Counted from the first letter of the stretch, positions 17,789 to 26,556 are shown. The stretch: 40,371 nucleotides of DNA from a virus (IMGVR_UViG_3300017700_000541:1-40371); one strand, 5' to 3'. Notes: generated by a model not told the origin, from the sequence alone. Program-made: numbers and translations.

Positions 17789-17973
17789 TGCGCGACCTGT
17801 TCGTTTTTGGGCGTTTCGTATGCACGTCCATGAGATATGTGCGCCAAATGGCCCAAACCGAACATGTGGATGGCGATGGTCAGGCCCTGCAACTCTGCCA
17901 CAAGGCGCGCATTACTGATCGGTTGGCCCTCGGTGGGGATGGAGCGCGACAGCGCGGAATGAACCCTACTCAC
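17785..17973 (-). CDS. Hypothetical protein
   Basis: GTG at 17973 with GAAGGA; coupled to both neighbours. Confidence 0.4.
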   Translation of the reverse strand: MSRVHSALSRSIPTEGQPISNARLVAELQGLTIAIHMFGLGHLAHISHGRAYETPKNEQVAQ

Positions 17974-18262
17974 GTCCTTCCCCTTTTGCGATGATGGCGA
18001 GGATGGCGTCGGCTGCTGCGCCAACGTAATGCAGGCGACCGTCATAATCGCCGTCCACTTCCTCGTTGATGATCGCGACGATAGCCTCCCGCATCCCTTC
18101 AGGGGCGGAGGCTGGCGGCATGGTTGTGACGTGCGCGCCAGCGGCGAGAATGGCCTCTAGGCATCGTCCAGAACCGCCCGTCATGTAGCCGTTCAAGTCG
18201 TCAAGGAACGCGCGCGGGTACGGGCTGCGATCAAGCGGAACGATTACGACTGTGCGGGTCAT
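17966..18262 (-). CDS. Hypothetical protein
   Basis: 98 aa in the coupled leftward operon. Confidence 0.6.
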   Translation of the reverse strand: MTRTVVIVPLDRSPYPRAFLDDLNGYMTGGSGRCLEAILAAGAHVTTMPPASAPEGMREAIVAIINEEVDGDYDGRLHYVGAAADAILAIIAKGEGRE

Positions 18263-18498
18263 GGTTTCACTCCGGTTTCATGGTGCACTTCGGCTTCGCC
18301 TTCGTACCCACTGAGGGCCGATGTTCGTTCCGTGGTAGCGTCGTCGTCATCGCCCCACTCGGCGTCACACTCCGGGCACGTCCAACCCTCTGGTGGCAGG
18401 ATCGCTGGAACACCGTCAGGACAGGTGCCGCAGAACGCGGGTTCATCGTCTTCCCACATGGCGGCGTCGTAAGCGTCGTCTGCTGCGTCTCCCATCAC
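18259..18498 (-). CDS. Small acidic Zn-ribbon protein
   Basis: CGTC...CPEC motif; ATGA-coupled. Confidence 0.6.
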   Translation of the reverse strand: MMGDAADDAYDAAMWEDDEPAFCGTCPDGVPAILPPEGWTCPECDAEWGDDDDATTERTSALSGYEGEAEVHHETGVKP

Positions 18499-19556
18499 TC
18501 GCCTCCCTCATCACGTCTGGCAGCGTCTTTGGGTTCACTCGCCTCCGGCTCGTACCTGGCTGTGGTGTCGCTGGCAGGGGCGGCTTGCTGGCGAGCCCTG
18601 ATCTGAGCCTCGGTCGCCCACTCGTTCGGCGCGGAGGCGTTCACCCATCCGCCAAACTCGTTCATCGTCTGCCAGCGGCCTTTGACGCCTCGGCGCGCTT
18701 GCTCGCTGTTTGGCTTGTAGGCCAGCCAACGACAGGGCGACCACCAGTGGCCGTAGAAGGTGGACCCGTCCTGCGGAGGCGTCCCCACACGCCACGCGAT
18801 CTGCCCGCCTACAACAGCCGTATCAGCCGCACGGTGGGTATCGCCGTCAGGCGATGAACCAAATCCCCCGGCTATGGGGGTGGCGGGAGGGGTGTCGGGC
18901 TTGACGTGATAGCCGGAGCCGTCGCCGTTGAGCCTCCACTGGCGACCACGGTTCACGGCCATCTTGCGGTTGATCGCGTCCTCAATGCCGGGGTAGCGCG
19001 AGAGGACGATGCACACGTCGGCGGCCTCGGTAACATCGCTCGGGTCCGCCAGAAGCTCCTGCATCTCCTCATTGGCCCGCGTGGCGATGCGCTCCAGTGT
19101 TACAGGCCCGAACGTCTCTGCTGTCCACGCGGCCATGCTCGACCATGTCTCGCCTACAACACCCCCATCCGCTTGCTCGGTGGGGCTCGCAGCGGCGAGT
19201 ACTCGCTTGGCCATGAACTCAAAGAGGCTGTCGTCGGGAGACGCTGCGCCGCGTTGGTGGTCCTCGTAAGCCCCAGACAGCAGGTCAACGAGAACTGCAA
19301 ACTCGGTGGGTATCGGCGCAGCCGATGAACCCCTTCCTCCTTCTATAGCGGATAGAGCGGCAACCCGTTCGGCTAGGTCATCGAAATAGCCGTAGTCGCC
19401 CTTGTCGTTGGAGAGCGTGAACAGACCACACGCCGCCAAGCGAAGCTCTTTGACCAACTCCCGCACTCCCCTTTCTACAGGGGCAGGCGGGCTAACTTGA
19501 TCGCACGGAAGCGCGCCGCACGTCGGACAAGGCTTCAGCCCCTCTACCCCGCTCAT
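18495..19556 (-). CDS. Mosaic protein with DUF550/MazG-like NTP pyrophosphohydrolase domain
   Basis: W...TFGP.....RANEEMQEL...EAADV...KM.VN..RQW motif; N-terminal LKPCPTCG. Confidence 0.6.
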   Translation of the reverse strand: MSGVEGLKPCPTCGALPCDQVSPPAPVERGVRELVKELRLAACGLFTLSNDKGDYGYFDDLAERVAALSAIEGGRGSSAAPIPTEFAVLVDLLSGAYEDHQRGAASPDDSLFEFMAKRVLAAASPTEQADGGVVGETWSSMAAWTAETFGPVTLERIATRANEEMQELLADPSDVTEAADVCIVLSRYPGIEDAINRKMAVNRGRQWRLNGDGSGYHVKPDTPPATPIAGGFGSSPDGDTHRAADTAVVGGQIAWRVGTPPQDGSTFYGHWWSPCRWLAYKPNSEQARRGVKGRWQTMNEFGGWVNASAPNEWATEAQIRARQQAAPASDTTARYEPEASEPKDAARRDEGGE

Positions 19557-19912
19557 GCGTCACCTGTAGCTTTGGAGCGCGCCGCGTCGATGCGCGCTTG
19601 ATGGATGCGGAGTTCGGTCACGGCGTGGGTGACTTCGCAGCCGTTCTCAAGCCACGCGATGACCGCCGACAAGTCTGGAAGCGCCTCAAACATCTCGGGA
19701 GCGGCGGCAATCAGTCGAGCGCGGGCTGTGTCCTCGGCCTCGCTGTCGCGCCAATACTCGCTGGACCCGATGACGAACGCGATAGGCAAGCGACGGCCCG
19801 GCTCGTAGATCGTGTGGTAGCAACCCGACCCGCTGAACTGGACAGAGCACTCATCCCATTCGTGTTCGCCTTGCAGCGTCCACCCATCTTTCGTCTTGTC
19901 TGAGACATTCAT
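19553..19912 (-). CDS. Hypothetical protein
   Basis: ARLIAAAPEM motif common in phage early proteins. Confidence 0.7.
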   Translation of the reverse strand: MNVSDKTKDGWTLQGEHEWDECSVQFSGSGCYHTIYEPGRRLPIAFVIGSSEYWRDSEAEDTARARLIAAAPEMFEALPDLSAVIAWLENGCEVTHAVTELRIHQARIDAARSKATGDA

Positions 19913-20355
19913 TGTTCGGCTCCTTCATTTGGGTTCATTCCTCCGGCTACGCCGTCGTCATACCTGGCCAGCTTGTCGCCAGCGTTCCGGCTAGCTTTCG
20001 TCGGCAGCTTGCGCCCCTTGGGCCATGCGTTCGGACGCGACGGGATAGCCTTGCGCTCTCGCCGGGTGCCGTTCTCGCGGGCGACGATGCGCTTGCACTT
20101 GGCGATGGCTGACTGATCGCCGGGCGTCTTCTTGGCGGCGCACGGCTTGCGATACAGGGCGCGGTTCGCCAGTTCGTTCGCGTTCTCCCGGATGCCCAAG
20201 GGGATGATGTGTTCGTCAATCACGCCCTCGGTCATGGGCTGGAGCTTTTCACCGCACCCGCACCCGCAACGGCCCTCCTGATCGAGCATCAGTTGGATGA
20301 CCTCGCGACGGGTGAGCGGCTTGCGCTTGTCGATGACGACGGCAGGGCGGTTCAT
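19909..20355 (-). CDS. HNH-like endonuclease
   Basis: QEGRCGCGCG, DEHIIPL, N and C motifs; ATG at 20355 coupled to ninB. Confidence 0.65.
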   Translation of the reverse strand: MNRPAVVIDKRKPLTRREVIQLMLDQEGRCGCGCGEKLQPMTEGVIDEHIIPLGIRENANELANRALYRKPCAAKKTPGDQSAIAKCKRIVARENGTRRERKAIPSRPNAWPKGRKLPTKASRNAGDKLARYDDGVAGGMNPNEGAEQ

Positions 20356-20780
20356 GGGGCCACCGCAAGTCTGGCGCGCTTTTCCTTCGGGTCCGTCCAG
20401 ACCACTCCACGCTCGGCCCCCAGCTTGTAAATCAGTTCGATCAGGTCGCTGAACTGCGCCTTGGACAGCTTGGATGACGACGTGCTGAGATTGACAAACC
20501 CGTTGTTTTCGAGGTTCGGAACGATGCGGGTCTCGCGGTTCAGCGCGGCGAGAAAGATCAGTTTCCAATCTTCCTTCTCAAGCCACTGGCCGAACCACTG
20601 AACCTGCTTGGATACGTCCTCAAGCATGGGCCAGAGCTTTTTGTTCTGCTCATCCGTGCGCGTGTCGGTGATGACCATTGACCACCACTCGCCCTCGCCC
20701 CCGTTGCCGATGGCCTTGTCCAGCCACGCGATAGCGGTCTCACGGTTCCACGGAGAGAGTTTGAGGGTCCAGCGGCTCAC
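20352..20780 (-). CDS. ninB: NinB/Orf family recombination protein
   Basis: RTDEQNKKLWPMLEDVSKQVQW and SSKLSKAQFSDLIELIY..GAERGVVW motifs. Confidence 0.88.
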   Translation of the reverse strand: MSRWTLKLSPWNRETAIAWLDKAIGNGGEGEWWSMVITDTRTDEQNKKLWPMLEDVSKQVQWFGQWLEKEDWKLIFLAALNRETRIVPNLENNGFVNLSTSSSKLSKAQFSDLIELIYKLGAERGVVWTDPKEKRARLAVAP

Positions 20781-21514
20781 AGTACGCGAGCCTCCACCAC
20801 GTCAAACCCTGGTACGCTTCGCTTACCGGCCCGCACGTCGTCGTCGGCCAGCTTTTGCAGCAGGGCCGTGAAGGCGTCGGGGTTCGTCCGCCAGTAGTGC
20901 GCGGCGGCGGCATGGCTGTCCGTCAGGGTGGCCTTCCAGACGCTGCGGAGGCCCATTGCACGGCTTCCGCCCGTCGCGTGTGCCTTGTCACCGGCTGCGG
21001 CCTTGGCGAGCTTCTGAGCGGCTTCCGCGTCGGCAATCAGGGCCTCGGCTTCCTCGCGGGCATGAAGGTCGTTTGCGGCGGCGTTGCGAATAGCCTCGGC
21101 GGCGTCCCACGCAGCTTTTTCGGCGGCTTGGCGGGCAATGACTTCGGCCTCGCGCTTCTCTGCGTCCAGCTTGGCGAGGTACGGTTGCAGGGACGCTTTG
21201 AGCGCATCGACGGCTTTCCAGACCTTGCCCGGCGTCTTGTTCTTCCGGTCGGCAATCCAGATGTTGTAGCGATCCTGGATTGCCGCGATCTGCTTATCGA
21301 GCGGAGCCTTCTCCACAACCCGTTCAGCGTCCAGCGCCTTGGCGTTCAGGTTCAGGCCGTCGATGATGCGGGACACGTCGTCGGCTTGCCCCTGCGTTTC
21401 CACAGGGGAGCCGTCCGCGTAGTTGCGGGCTTCACCGATCAAGTCCTCGATGCTCTCAACGATCAGGTCGAAGGGCGTCGAGTTGCGGAGTTGGATGGGT
21501 TCGGCGGTCATCAC
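20777..21514 (-). CDS. Coiled-coil protein of the recombination module
   Basis: 245 aa, Ala-rich helices, C-terminal VPGF motif. Confidence 0.7.
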   Translation of the reverse strand: MMTAEPIQLRNSTPFDLIVESIEDLIGEARNYADGSPVETQGQADDVSRIIDGLNLNAKALDAERVVEKAPLDKQIAAIQDRYNIWIADRKNKTPGKVWKAVDALKASLQPYLAKLDAEKREAEVIARQAAEKAAWDAAEAIRNAAANDLHAREEAEALIADAEAAQKLAKAAAGDKAHATGGSRAMGLRSVWKATLTDSHAAAAHYWRTNPDAFTALLQKLADDDVRAGKRSVPGFDVVEARVL

Positions 21515-21520
21515 CGGCTC

Positions 21521-21892
21521 CTAAAAAGGGATGTCGTCGGACAGGTCGTAGGACTCCTTGGCGTTGCCAGCGGGTCCGCTAAATCCGTCGTTGGTCGAGG
21601 GGGCTTTCCCGCCCTGCAACGACACGTCGGCAACGCGGAGGGTCAGGTACGTCTTGCCCTCATATTCCCGCGCCCCAAGGTCGCCCGAGACGGTGACTTG
21701 CGAGCCTTTGACCAAGTACTGAGCCAGCGTCTCGCCACGCTTGCCCCACATGGAGCAGTCGAAGAACAGGGTGGACTTCTCCTTGCCCTGCCGGTCATCC
21801 ACGGCGACGGAAAACCCGGTCACCTTGTCGGACCCGGCCTCGCGGGTGGTGGCGTCTTTGGTCAGGCGACCGGCAATCGTCAGGTTTTTCAT
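21521..21892 (-). CDS. ssb: Single-stranded DNA-binding protein
   Basis: OB-fold motifs GRLTKD and YLVKGSQV; acidic tail DDIPF. Confidence 0.95.
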   Translation of the reverse strand: MKNLTIAGRLTKDATTREAGSDKVTGFSVAVDDRQGKEKSTLFFDCSMWGKRGETLAQYLVKGSQVTVSGDLGAREYEGKTYLTLRVADVSLQGGKAPSTNDGFSGPAGNAKESYDLSDDIPF

Positions 21893-22549
21893 CTAGGCGG
21901 CTTTCTGTTCAAACGGGTTGGTGGCGGATTTGATGGCCGTCTGCCGGGCGGCGTAGGCTTTGCGGACGCCCTGCTTTTCGACTTCGGAGAGGCCGTCGAT
22001 CATCGCGCCGTTGCTGGCCGTCCACTCCTTCAGGTCGGCTTCATCCCGACACATGGCGAGGGAGGCGGTCGCGGTCTGGACGACGGCGGAAACCACGGCG
22101 GCGACGTTGGCCTGTGTCTTGTCGTAAAGGGCCAGACCGAAGGCGTTGCCGAACGTCATCAGCGCCCGTTTCATGGCGTCGGACTCGGCTTCCTTCAGCG
22201 CGCTTTCGTGAGCCTGGTCCGTGTCCTTGTCGATGCCGGAGCCGAAGCCGCAGCCCTCGCGGACGATGACGGTGTCCCCTGCCCTGACGGTGATGCGGAC
22301 GCGGGCGGAATAGCCAACGCGCATCTGGTCCTTGCCGTATTTGTCCTGCGTCACACGCGGCTCGCCGAGCTGGCGCAGTTCCACCGTCTCGCGGTCCCAT
22401 TGGCCGAAGCCGAAGATGCGGTTGGCCTCCGCAATCGCGTGCCATGCCTCGATGTAGGACAGGGTCTTGCCGCCTTGGTCGCGGGTGGCGACGCGCGCCT
22501 TGTCGAGCGGGGCTGTCAGCATTTCATGCTGATCGGTTGAGAACGTCAT
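21893..22549 (-). CDS. Rad52/Rad22-family (Sak-like) annealing protein
   Basis: LSYIEAWHAIAEANRIFGFGQW and KEAESDAMKRALMTFGNAFGLALYDK motifs. Confidence 0.92.
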   Translation of the reverse strand: MTFSTDQHEMLTAPLDKARVATRDQGGKTLSYIEAWHAIAEANRIFGFGQWDRETVELRQLGEPRVTQDKYGKDQMRVGYSARVRITVRAGDTVIVREGCGFGSGIDKDTDQAHESALKEAESDAMKRALMTFGNAFGLALYDKTQANVAAVVSAVVQTATASLAMCRDEADLKEWTASNGAMIDGLSEVEKQGVRKAYAARQTAIKSATNPFEQKAA

Positions 22550-22803
22550 GCTGCTTGTTCCTGCGGGAAAGCCTCGTCCATCGCGGCGCGGATTTGCCGG
22601 GCGCGTTCCTGGGTCGAGGGGATTGAAGATTGGACGGCGTCAAACCAGCGGCTCCACGCGGAGAGGCTGTCGAAGCGCCAGTAAACGCCGCCGTCGAGGA
22701 TGAAGAGGTCGCCGTTTGAGGCGTAGGCGTGGACCGTCCCCTCCGCGCCGTTATTAGCGGTCGCGGAGGTCCTGACGGTGGGTGATTGGGTGGCGGGCGT
22801 CAC
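22546..22803 (-). CDS. Hypothetical protein
   Basis: 85 aa, coupled. Confidence 0.6.
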   Translation of the reverse strand: MTPATQSPTVRTSATANNGAEGTVHAYASNGDLFILDGGVYWRFDSLSAWSRWFDAVQSSIPSTQERARQIRAAMDEAFPQEQAA

Positions 22804-23012
22804 AGCAGCACCGCCGAGAACAAGCTCGCCGCAATGAAGATGCAGCCGAGGATAGCCAAGGCGATATGCATCCGGCTCGGTTCCCGCTCCGGGTCTTCCC
22901 GACGCGCACGGTCCTCAAGGTAGAGTTCAGCGCGGCGGGTGAGGACCAGGTCCCACTCGGGGTTGTTCGTCAGGCCCAGCGGATGCGGGCGGTCGTCCTG
23001 ATAGAGCTTCAT
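22800..23012 (-). CDS. Small protein with C-terminal TM segment
   Basis: 70 aa, coupled. Confidence 0.6.
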   Translation of the reverse strand: MKLYQDDRPHPLGLTNNPEWDLVLTRRAELYLEDRARREDPEREPSRMHIALAILGCIFIAASLFSAVLL

Positions 23013-23260
23013 GCTGCGGCCCTTTCGGCTTGCGGCTGTGTGATTTCAGCGATTGCGGCTTCAAGTTCGTTGGCCAGCGCCATTTCGATCTTGGCCAGCG
23101 CCAGACGTGCGGGGAGCGTCCGCTCGTCGTTCTGCGTCAGGTGGTAGGATGCGTTCATCCTGTGAATCCCGACCGCGAGACGGGCCGCAGCCATCGTCAT
23201 CGGGACGTGTTCACGCTGGAAGATGACGCCGCCGCTGGCGAGGTACATGGGGGCGCTCAT
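23009..23260 (-). CDS. Hypothetical protein
   Basis: ATG at 23260 (MSAPMYL), ATGA-coupled. Confidence 0.6.
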   Translation of the reverse strand: MSAPMYLASGGVIFQREHVPMTMAAARLAVGIHRMNASYHLTQNDERTLPARLALAKIEMALANELEAAIAEITQPQAERAAA

Positions 23261-23427
23261 GCTGCCCGCTCCATCGCCGGAGCCTTCGGGAACAGCGGAG
23301 CGACACCGTTCGGGCGGGACATTGCCCGTTCGATCTTCGCCATCGCAGCGGCTACGGCTTGAGCCTTGTCTTCCCAATCCGCGTCGGAGAGGTCAGCGAA
23401 TGGGTAGGTGGTGGTTGCGGTGGCCAT
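23257..23427 (-). CDS. First gene of the leftward early operon (56 aa)
   Basis: MATATTTYPF...ERAA; GAGAGG RBS; too short to appear in the ORF track. Confidence 0.55.
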   Translation of the reverse strand: MATATTTYPFADLSDADWEDKAQAVAAAMAKIERAMSRPNGVAPLFPKAPAMERAA

Positions 23428-23458
23428 CGGGGCGCGTCCTCTCTCGGTGTTGAGAGAA

Positions 23459-23510
23459 CTTGTACCTGATGCAAGGCATATGGCAAGCGGAAACTTGCGC
23501 TGTATGCAAT
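23459..23510 (-). promoter_or_regulatory. PL promoter and OL operators
   Basis: 17-bp sites CTTGTACCTGATGCAAG (23459) and CTTGCGCTGTATGCAAT (23494); TTGCCA-16-TACAAG on the minus strand. Confidence 0.7.
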
Positions 23511-23523
23511 ATTTTTCCGGAGG

Positions 23524-23991
23524 CTACCTGCGGGGCTGGGCCGCTATGATTGACTGGGCGTCCCAAAGGCCCGGCGTGGCGGGGTCAATCTCGCCCTCGC
23601 GATAGAAGCGGACCTGTACGTCGGAGCCGGGCCGGATGACCTCATAAGCGCCCCCGCCGTATGTCATGGCGTTGGCATTGGCGGTCGTCCGGCACGTCCC
23701 CATGAAGCAGTTGGTGGTGGCGTTACCCTGCCCTGTCGTTGTGACCGGCATATAGGCCATGCCGCGTCGGGTGGCGTCCTGAGCGTTCATGACCATGAAG
23801 TAGCGGAACCCGCGCTCGGTGGCGCTCTCAGCGGCCTCCAGCAACACGCGCTGCTGTACCTGGGCCGGTGTCGTGTACTCGTCCCCGCGCCCCGATATGA
23901 TGGCCGTGCGCTCGTCCAGCATTGCCGTCTCGGCAGTGACACAGGCGGAAAGGGTCAGCGCAAGCGCCGTCGCGAGGATGATCTTACGCAT
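23524..23991 (-). CDS. Lipoprotein co-transcribed with the repressor
   Basis: Signal peptide with lipobox LSAC; TAATG overlap with the cI stop. Confidence 0.8.
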   Translation of the reverse strand: MRKIILATALALTLSACVTAETAMLDERTAIISGRGDEYTTPAQVQQRVLLEAAESATERGFRYFMVMNAQDATRRGMAYMPVTTTGQGNATTNCFMGTCRTTANANAMTYGGGAYEVIRPGSDVQVRFYREGEIDPATPGLWDAQSIIAAQPRR

Positions 23992-24338
23992 TAGCCAGCC
24001 TTTCGTTTGATGAAGTCGGCGTACTCTACAACCTGCTTCCGCTGCGCCGGGTCGAGCGTGTCATAGACAGTCCAGAACTCCGTCCGCGACGGATCGCGCA
24101 TGATCAGGCTGGCCGGTTCTGTTTGCAGGACCCGGGCGATCGCCTCCAACAAGTCCTGAGCGTAGGGGCTTTTCGCGTTCTCGATCCGGGAGAGTTGGCC
24201 CTCGCTGATTTCGATGCCGTGAAGCGTGTCGAGCTGATCGGCCAGCCCTGCCAGCGTCATCCCTCGGTGCTTCCGCCACGACCGGATGAATGTCGGTCTC
24301 CGCTCAGGCTTCGGATTGGCGCGGGGCTTTCTAGGCAT
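23991..24338 (-). CDS. CI-like XRE repressor without peptidase domain
   Basis: IRSWRKHRGMTLAGLA...LSRIEN HTH; 115 aa; divergent from cro. Confidence 0.85.
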   Translation of the reverse strand: MPRKPRANPKPERRPTFIRSWRKHRGMTLAGLADQLDTLHGIEISEGQLSRIENAKSPYAQDLLEAIARVLQTEPASLIMRDPSRTEFWTVYDTLDPAQRKQVVEYADFIKRKAG

Positions 24339-24344
24339 GGCCCG

Positions 24345-24423
24345 AGTGTCGGCTACGTCCGCTTTTAACGGAACGGCATGATATACAATCTTGCTTGTCA
24401 TGCCGCCTTGCATGGCATACAAG
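24345..24423. promoter_or_regulatory. OR operators with PR and PRM-like promoters
   Basis: Three abutting 17-mers at 24373, 24390 and 24407 (best CTTGCATGGCATACAAG); PR TTGTCA-17-TACAAG; PRM TTCCGT-17-GACACT on the minus strand. Confidence 0.7.
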
Positions 24424-24428
24424 AGCGC

Positions 24429-24614
24429 ATGGACACTGCTCTGAAGACATACCGCCGCGCCAACAGCCTGACCCTGGCTGATATGGCCGAAAAGGTCGGG
24501 CTTACCGAAAGCCACCTGTCACGGGTTGAGCGCGAGGGGACCGACAAGCTGTCCCTCGCCGCCAAGCTGGCGACTGTGACCGGCCTGCCGTTGGAGGTCT
24601 TCGGACGCCAATGA
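24429..24614 (+). CDS. Cro-like HTH regulator
   Basis: LKTYRRANSLTLADMAEKVGLTESHLSRVE; 61 aa. Confidence 0.85.
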   Translation: MDTALKTYRRANSLTLADMAEKVGLTESHLSRVEREGTDKLSLAAKLATVTGLPLEVFGRQ

Positions 24615-24615
24615 C

Positions 24616-24894
24616 CTACAGCCGGGCGATCTCTTTCAGGATGATCTCGACCCGCTCCATCCGGGCGGCGGCTTCGCCCGCTCGCGCCTTTGTCCCCTGC
24701 GGACATAACGGCGACCGCAAGGCCACGACCTTCTGCTCTGCCGCTCGCGTCTCTAGCACCTTCCGCATCACGGCCACGCGCCGGGCGATTTTGTGCGGCT
24801 TGCCGTCTGACAGCGCGAAAATCAGCGCGGCCACCATTTCGGCGGCTGACTCGTCGGAAATGGTTAAGTCGGGTTGGTGTTTTCTCGCCTGCAA
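24616..24894 (-). CDS. Antisense accessory protein
   Basis: TTG start with GGGAGG RBS; helical 92 aa; convergent with cro. Confidence 0.5.
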   Translation of the reverse strand: MQARKHQPDLTISDESAAEMVAALIFALSDGKPHKIARRVAVMRKVLETRAAEQKVVALRSPLCPQGTKARAGEAAARMERVEIILKEIARL

Positions 24895-25224
24895 CGATTC
24901 CTCCCGACAACTGGAGGGAAGTCAGCACGGCCAAGCTTACACGCGCAAGCGGAAAGATTACCGCAGCGTAATCATTAACCACGAAGGCCAAAAGGCGGGG
25001 TCATCCCCCGCCCCCTTCTGCTGCACGATACCGGGCGGCGCATCGCCTGAGCGTGTCCGCAATCTCGCTCGGCTGCTGGAGGGCTTCGGCCTCGCATCGC
25101 CTAGCCGCCTCCGCAAACCTGTCAGTCCCCCAGTCGATCACCTTCCTTGCCGGGAAATCCACGGTGATGATCTGGGCCACGTCGTCGTCCTCAAGTCGCG
25201 CCCCTCTGTGGAGGCCTGTTCAAC

Positions 25225-25659
25225 ATGAGGGCTTCCGCGATGACGATCTATTCCAACGATGGGGACTTTCTCCCCCGGCTCGGCCTCGACCGATCCATTG
25301 CCGACGCGCTGGCGGTTTACGTCCAGCAATCCTTTCCCGCGCTCGGACGCCGCAAGGCCGTCGCGAAGGAATGGGGCCTCGGCACTGAGGAAGCCCGCAC
25401 CGTGATTGAGGGCCGTCCGTCCAAGGCGACCCTGGATCGCATCTTCAAGCATCCGAACGGCGGATGGCGCGTGATCCTGCCCGTCATGGGCGCGGTCGTG
25501 GGCCAAACCGCCGACGCCTTCATCATCGCTGAAAAACAGAGGCTGTCCCATGAGAGACAATCGTTCGAGGAGCGGGAAAACCGCTTGGTGGAAATGGCTC
25601 GCGATCTTCGCGCTGTGGGCCGTCTATCACTCGATGGGCCTGATCGCATGGCTGGGTAA
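25225..25659 (+). CDS. CII-position DNA-binding protein
   Basis: RKAVAKEWGLGTEEARTVIEG HTH-like segment; lies after cro. Confidence 0.6.
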   Translation: MRASAMTIYSNDGDFLPRLGLDRSIADALAVYVQQSFPALGRRKAVAKEWGLGTEEARTVIEGRPSKATLDRIFKHPNGGWRVILPVMGAVVGQTADAFIIAEKQRLSHERQSFEERENRLVEMARDLRAVGRLSLDGPDRMAG

Positions 25660-25720
25660 CGTCGCGCTCGACGTTCGCCTGTGGTCGCTCGGCTGCATCA
25701 TTCGCCTGCGGGGTGCGTGA
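25550..25720 (+). CDS. Overlapping 56-aa membrane peptide
   Basis: ATG at 25550 with GAGG; hydrophobic; its stop is coupled to the next ATG (TGATG). Confidence 0.35.
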   Translation: MRDNRSRSGKTAWWKWLAIFALWAVYHSMGLIAWLGNVALDVRLWSLGCIIRLRGA

Positions 25721-26019
25721 TGTGCGATTTCAAGCCGGGCGATGAAGTGGTGTGTGTCAAAGACGGGCGAGCGGGCGTCACCTGGAAGGGTAAGGCGTAT
25801 GTCGTCGAGGCCGTATTCCTGCATCCCAGCAGCGGGCCATTGCTCGCCCTTGTCGGCATTCCCGTCCGTGTCCGAGGCTCTTACTGGGGGCACGATCCAG
25901 ACCGCTTCCGCAAGGTAGAGCGCCGCAACGACAGCTTGTCGATTGAAGCCTTCCTGACGATCAAGCCGGGCTTTGAAGAGCCGAAGCGCGCCCCTGCCAA
26001 GAAGCGGGAGCGCGTCTGA
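25720..26019 (+). CDS. Hypothetical protein (SH3-like)
   Basis: FKPGDEVVCV...RFRKV pattern. Confidence 0.65.
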   Translation: MCDFKPGDEVVCVKDGRAGVTWKGKAYVVEAVFLHPSSGPLLALVGIPVRVRGSYWGHDPDRFRKVERRNDSLSIEAFLTIKPGFEEPKRAPAKKRERV

Positions 26020-26234
26020 TGGACCTGAACCCCACCATCAAGCTCGCCCCGCAACTGGCCGCTGCTGTCTGTGAACGCGCTGCCCTGATTGCCGGTGGCG
26101 CGACCCTTACGGATTACGCCGTGATGGCGCTCGACAAGCGGCTGACCATCCTCGCCGCCGATCTGACCGCCGCGCTGGAAGCCGAACAGAAGTTCCGCCC
26201 GTGGTCGCCCCATGAACCGGGCAACACGAAATGA
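26019..26234 (+). CDS. Hypothetical protein
   Basis: 71 aa, coupled. Confidence 0.6.
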   Translation: MDLNPTIKLAPQLAAAVCERAALIAGGATLTDYAVMALDKRLTILAADLTAALEAEQKFRPWSPHEPGNTK

Positions 26235-26374
26235 TCGGGGAACGCACCATCCGCGAGGCCCTGACGCCTGAGACGCGCGGCCCCGTCATCGTCCGTTCGC
26301 ACGTTCGCGCAAAGCCGGTGAACGCCAAGCGTGAAGCCCTGCACGATGCTTTGCGCCGGGCGGTGGCGTCATGA
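26231..26374 (+). CDS. Hypothetical protein (47 aa)
   Basis: ATGA-coupled at both ends. Confidence 0.5.
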   Translation: MIGERTIREALTPETRGPVIVRSHVRAKPVNAKREALHDALRRAVAS

Positions 26375-26556
26375 CCCGCGCCCCCGAAAGCCACAACCAC
26401 ACCGCAGCCGTCTGCGCGACGGAGGCTGACGTTCGCCGGGCCTCTCCGCTGGCCCATCAACGCGCGTTTGCTGTGATCCTGGATCAGTGGGCCGCAAACG
26501 CTCGCGACCGTGCATCGGCCCTCGCTCAACTGGCGCAGCGGGACTTGTTCGCATGA
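26371..26556 (+). CDS. Hypothetical protein
   Basis: 61 aa ending QRDLFA; coupled. Confidence 0.6.
   Translation: MTRAPESHNHTAAVCATEADVRRASPLAHQRAFAVILDQWAANARDRASALAQLAQRDLFA

Noticed and set aside
18495-19556. DUF550-like domain as a sign of a 2-aminoadenine (Z) genome
   Set aside because: No PurZ or phage DNA polymerase is recognisable in the genome
20855-22540. 561-aa plus-strand ORF
   Set aside because: Antisense shadow of the Rad52-like, ssb and neighbouring genes in high-GC DNA; no motifs
24611-25228. 205-aa plus-strand ORF after cro
   Set aside because: ATGA-coupled, but its Ser/Arg/Cys-rich composition looks non-coding and the opposite-strand ORF has the better RBS; not fully excluded
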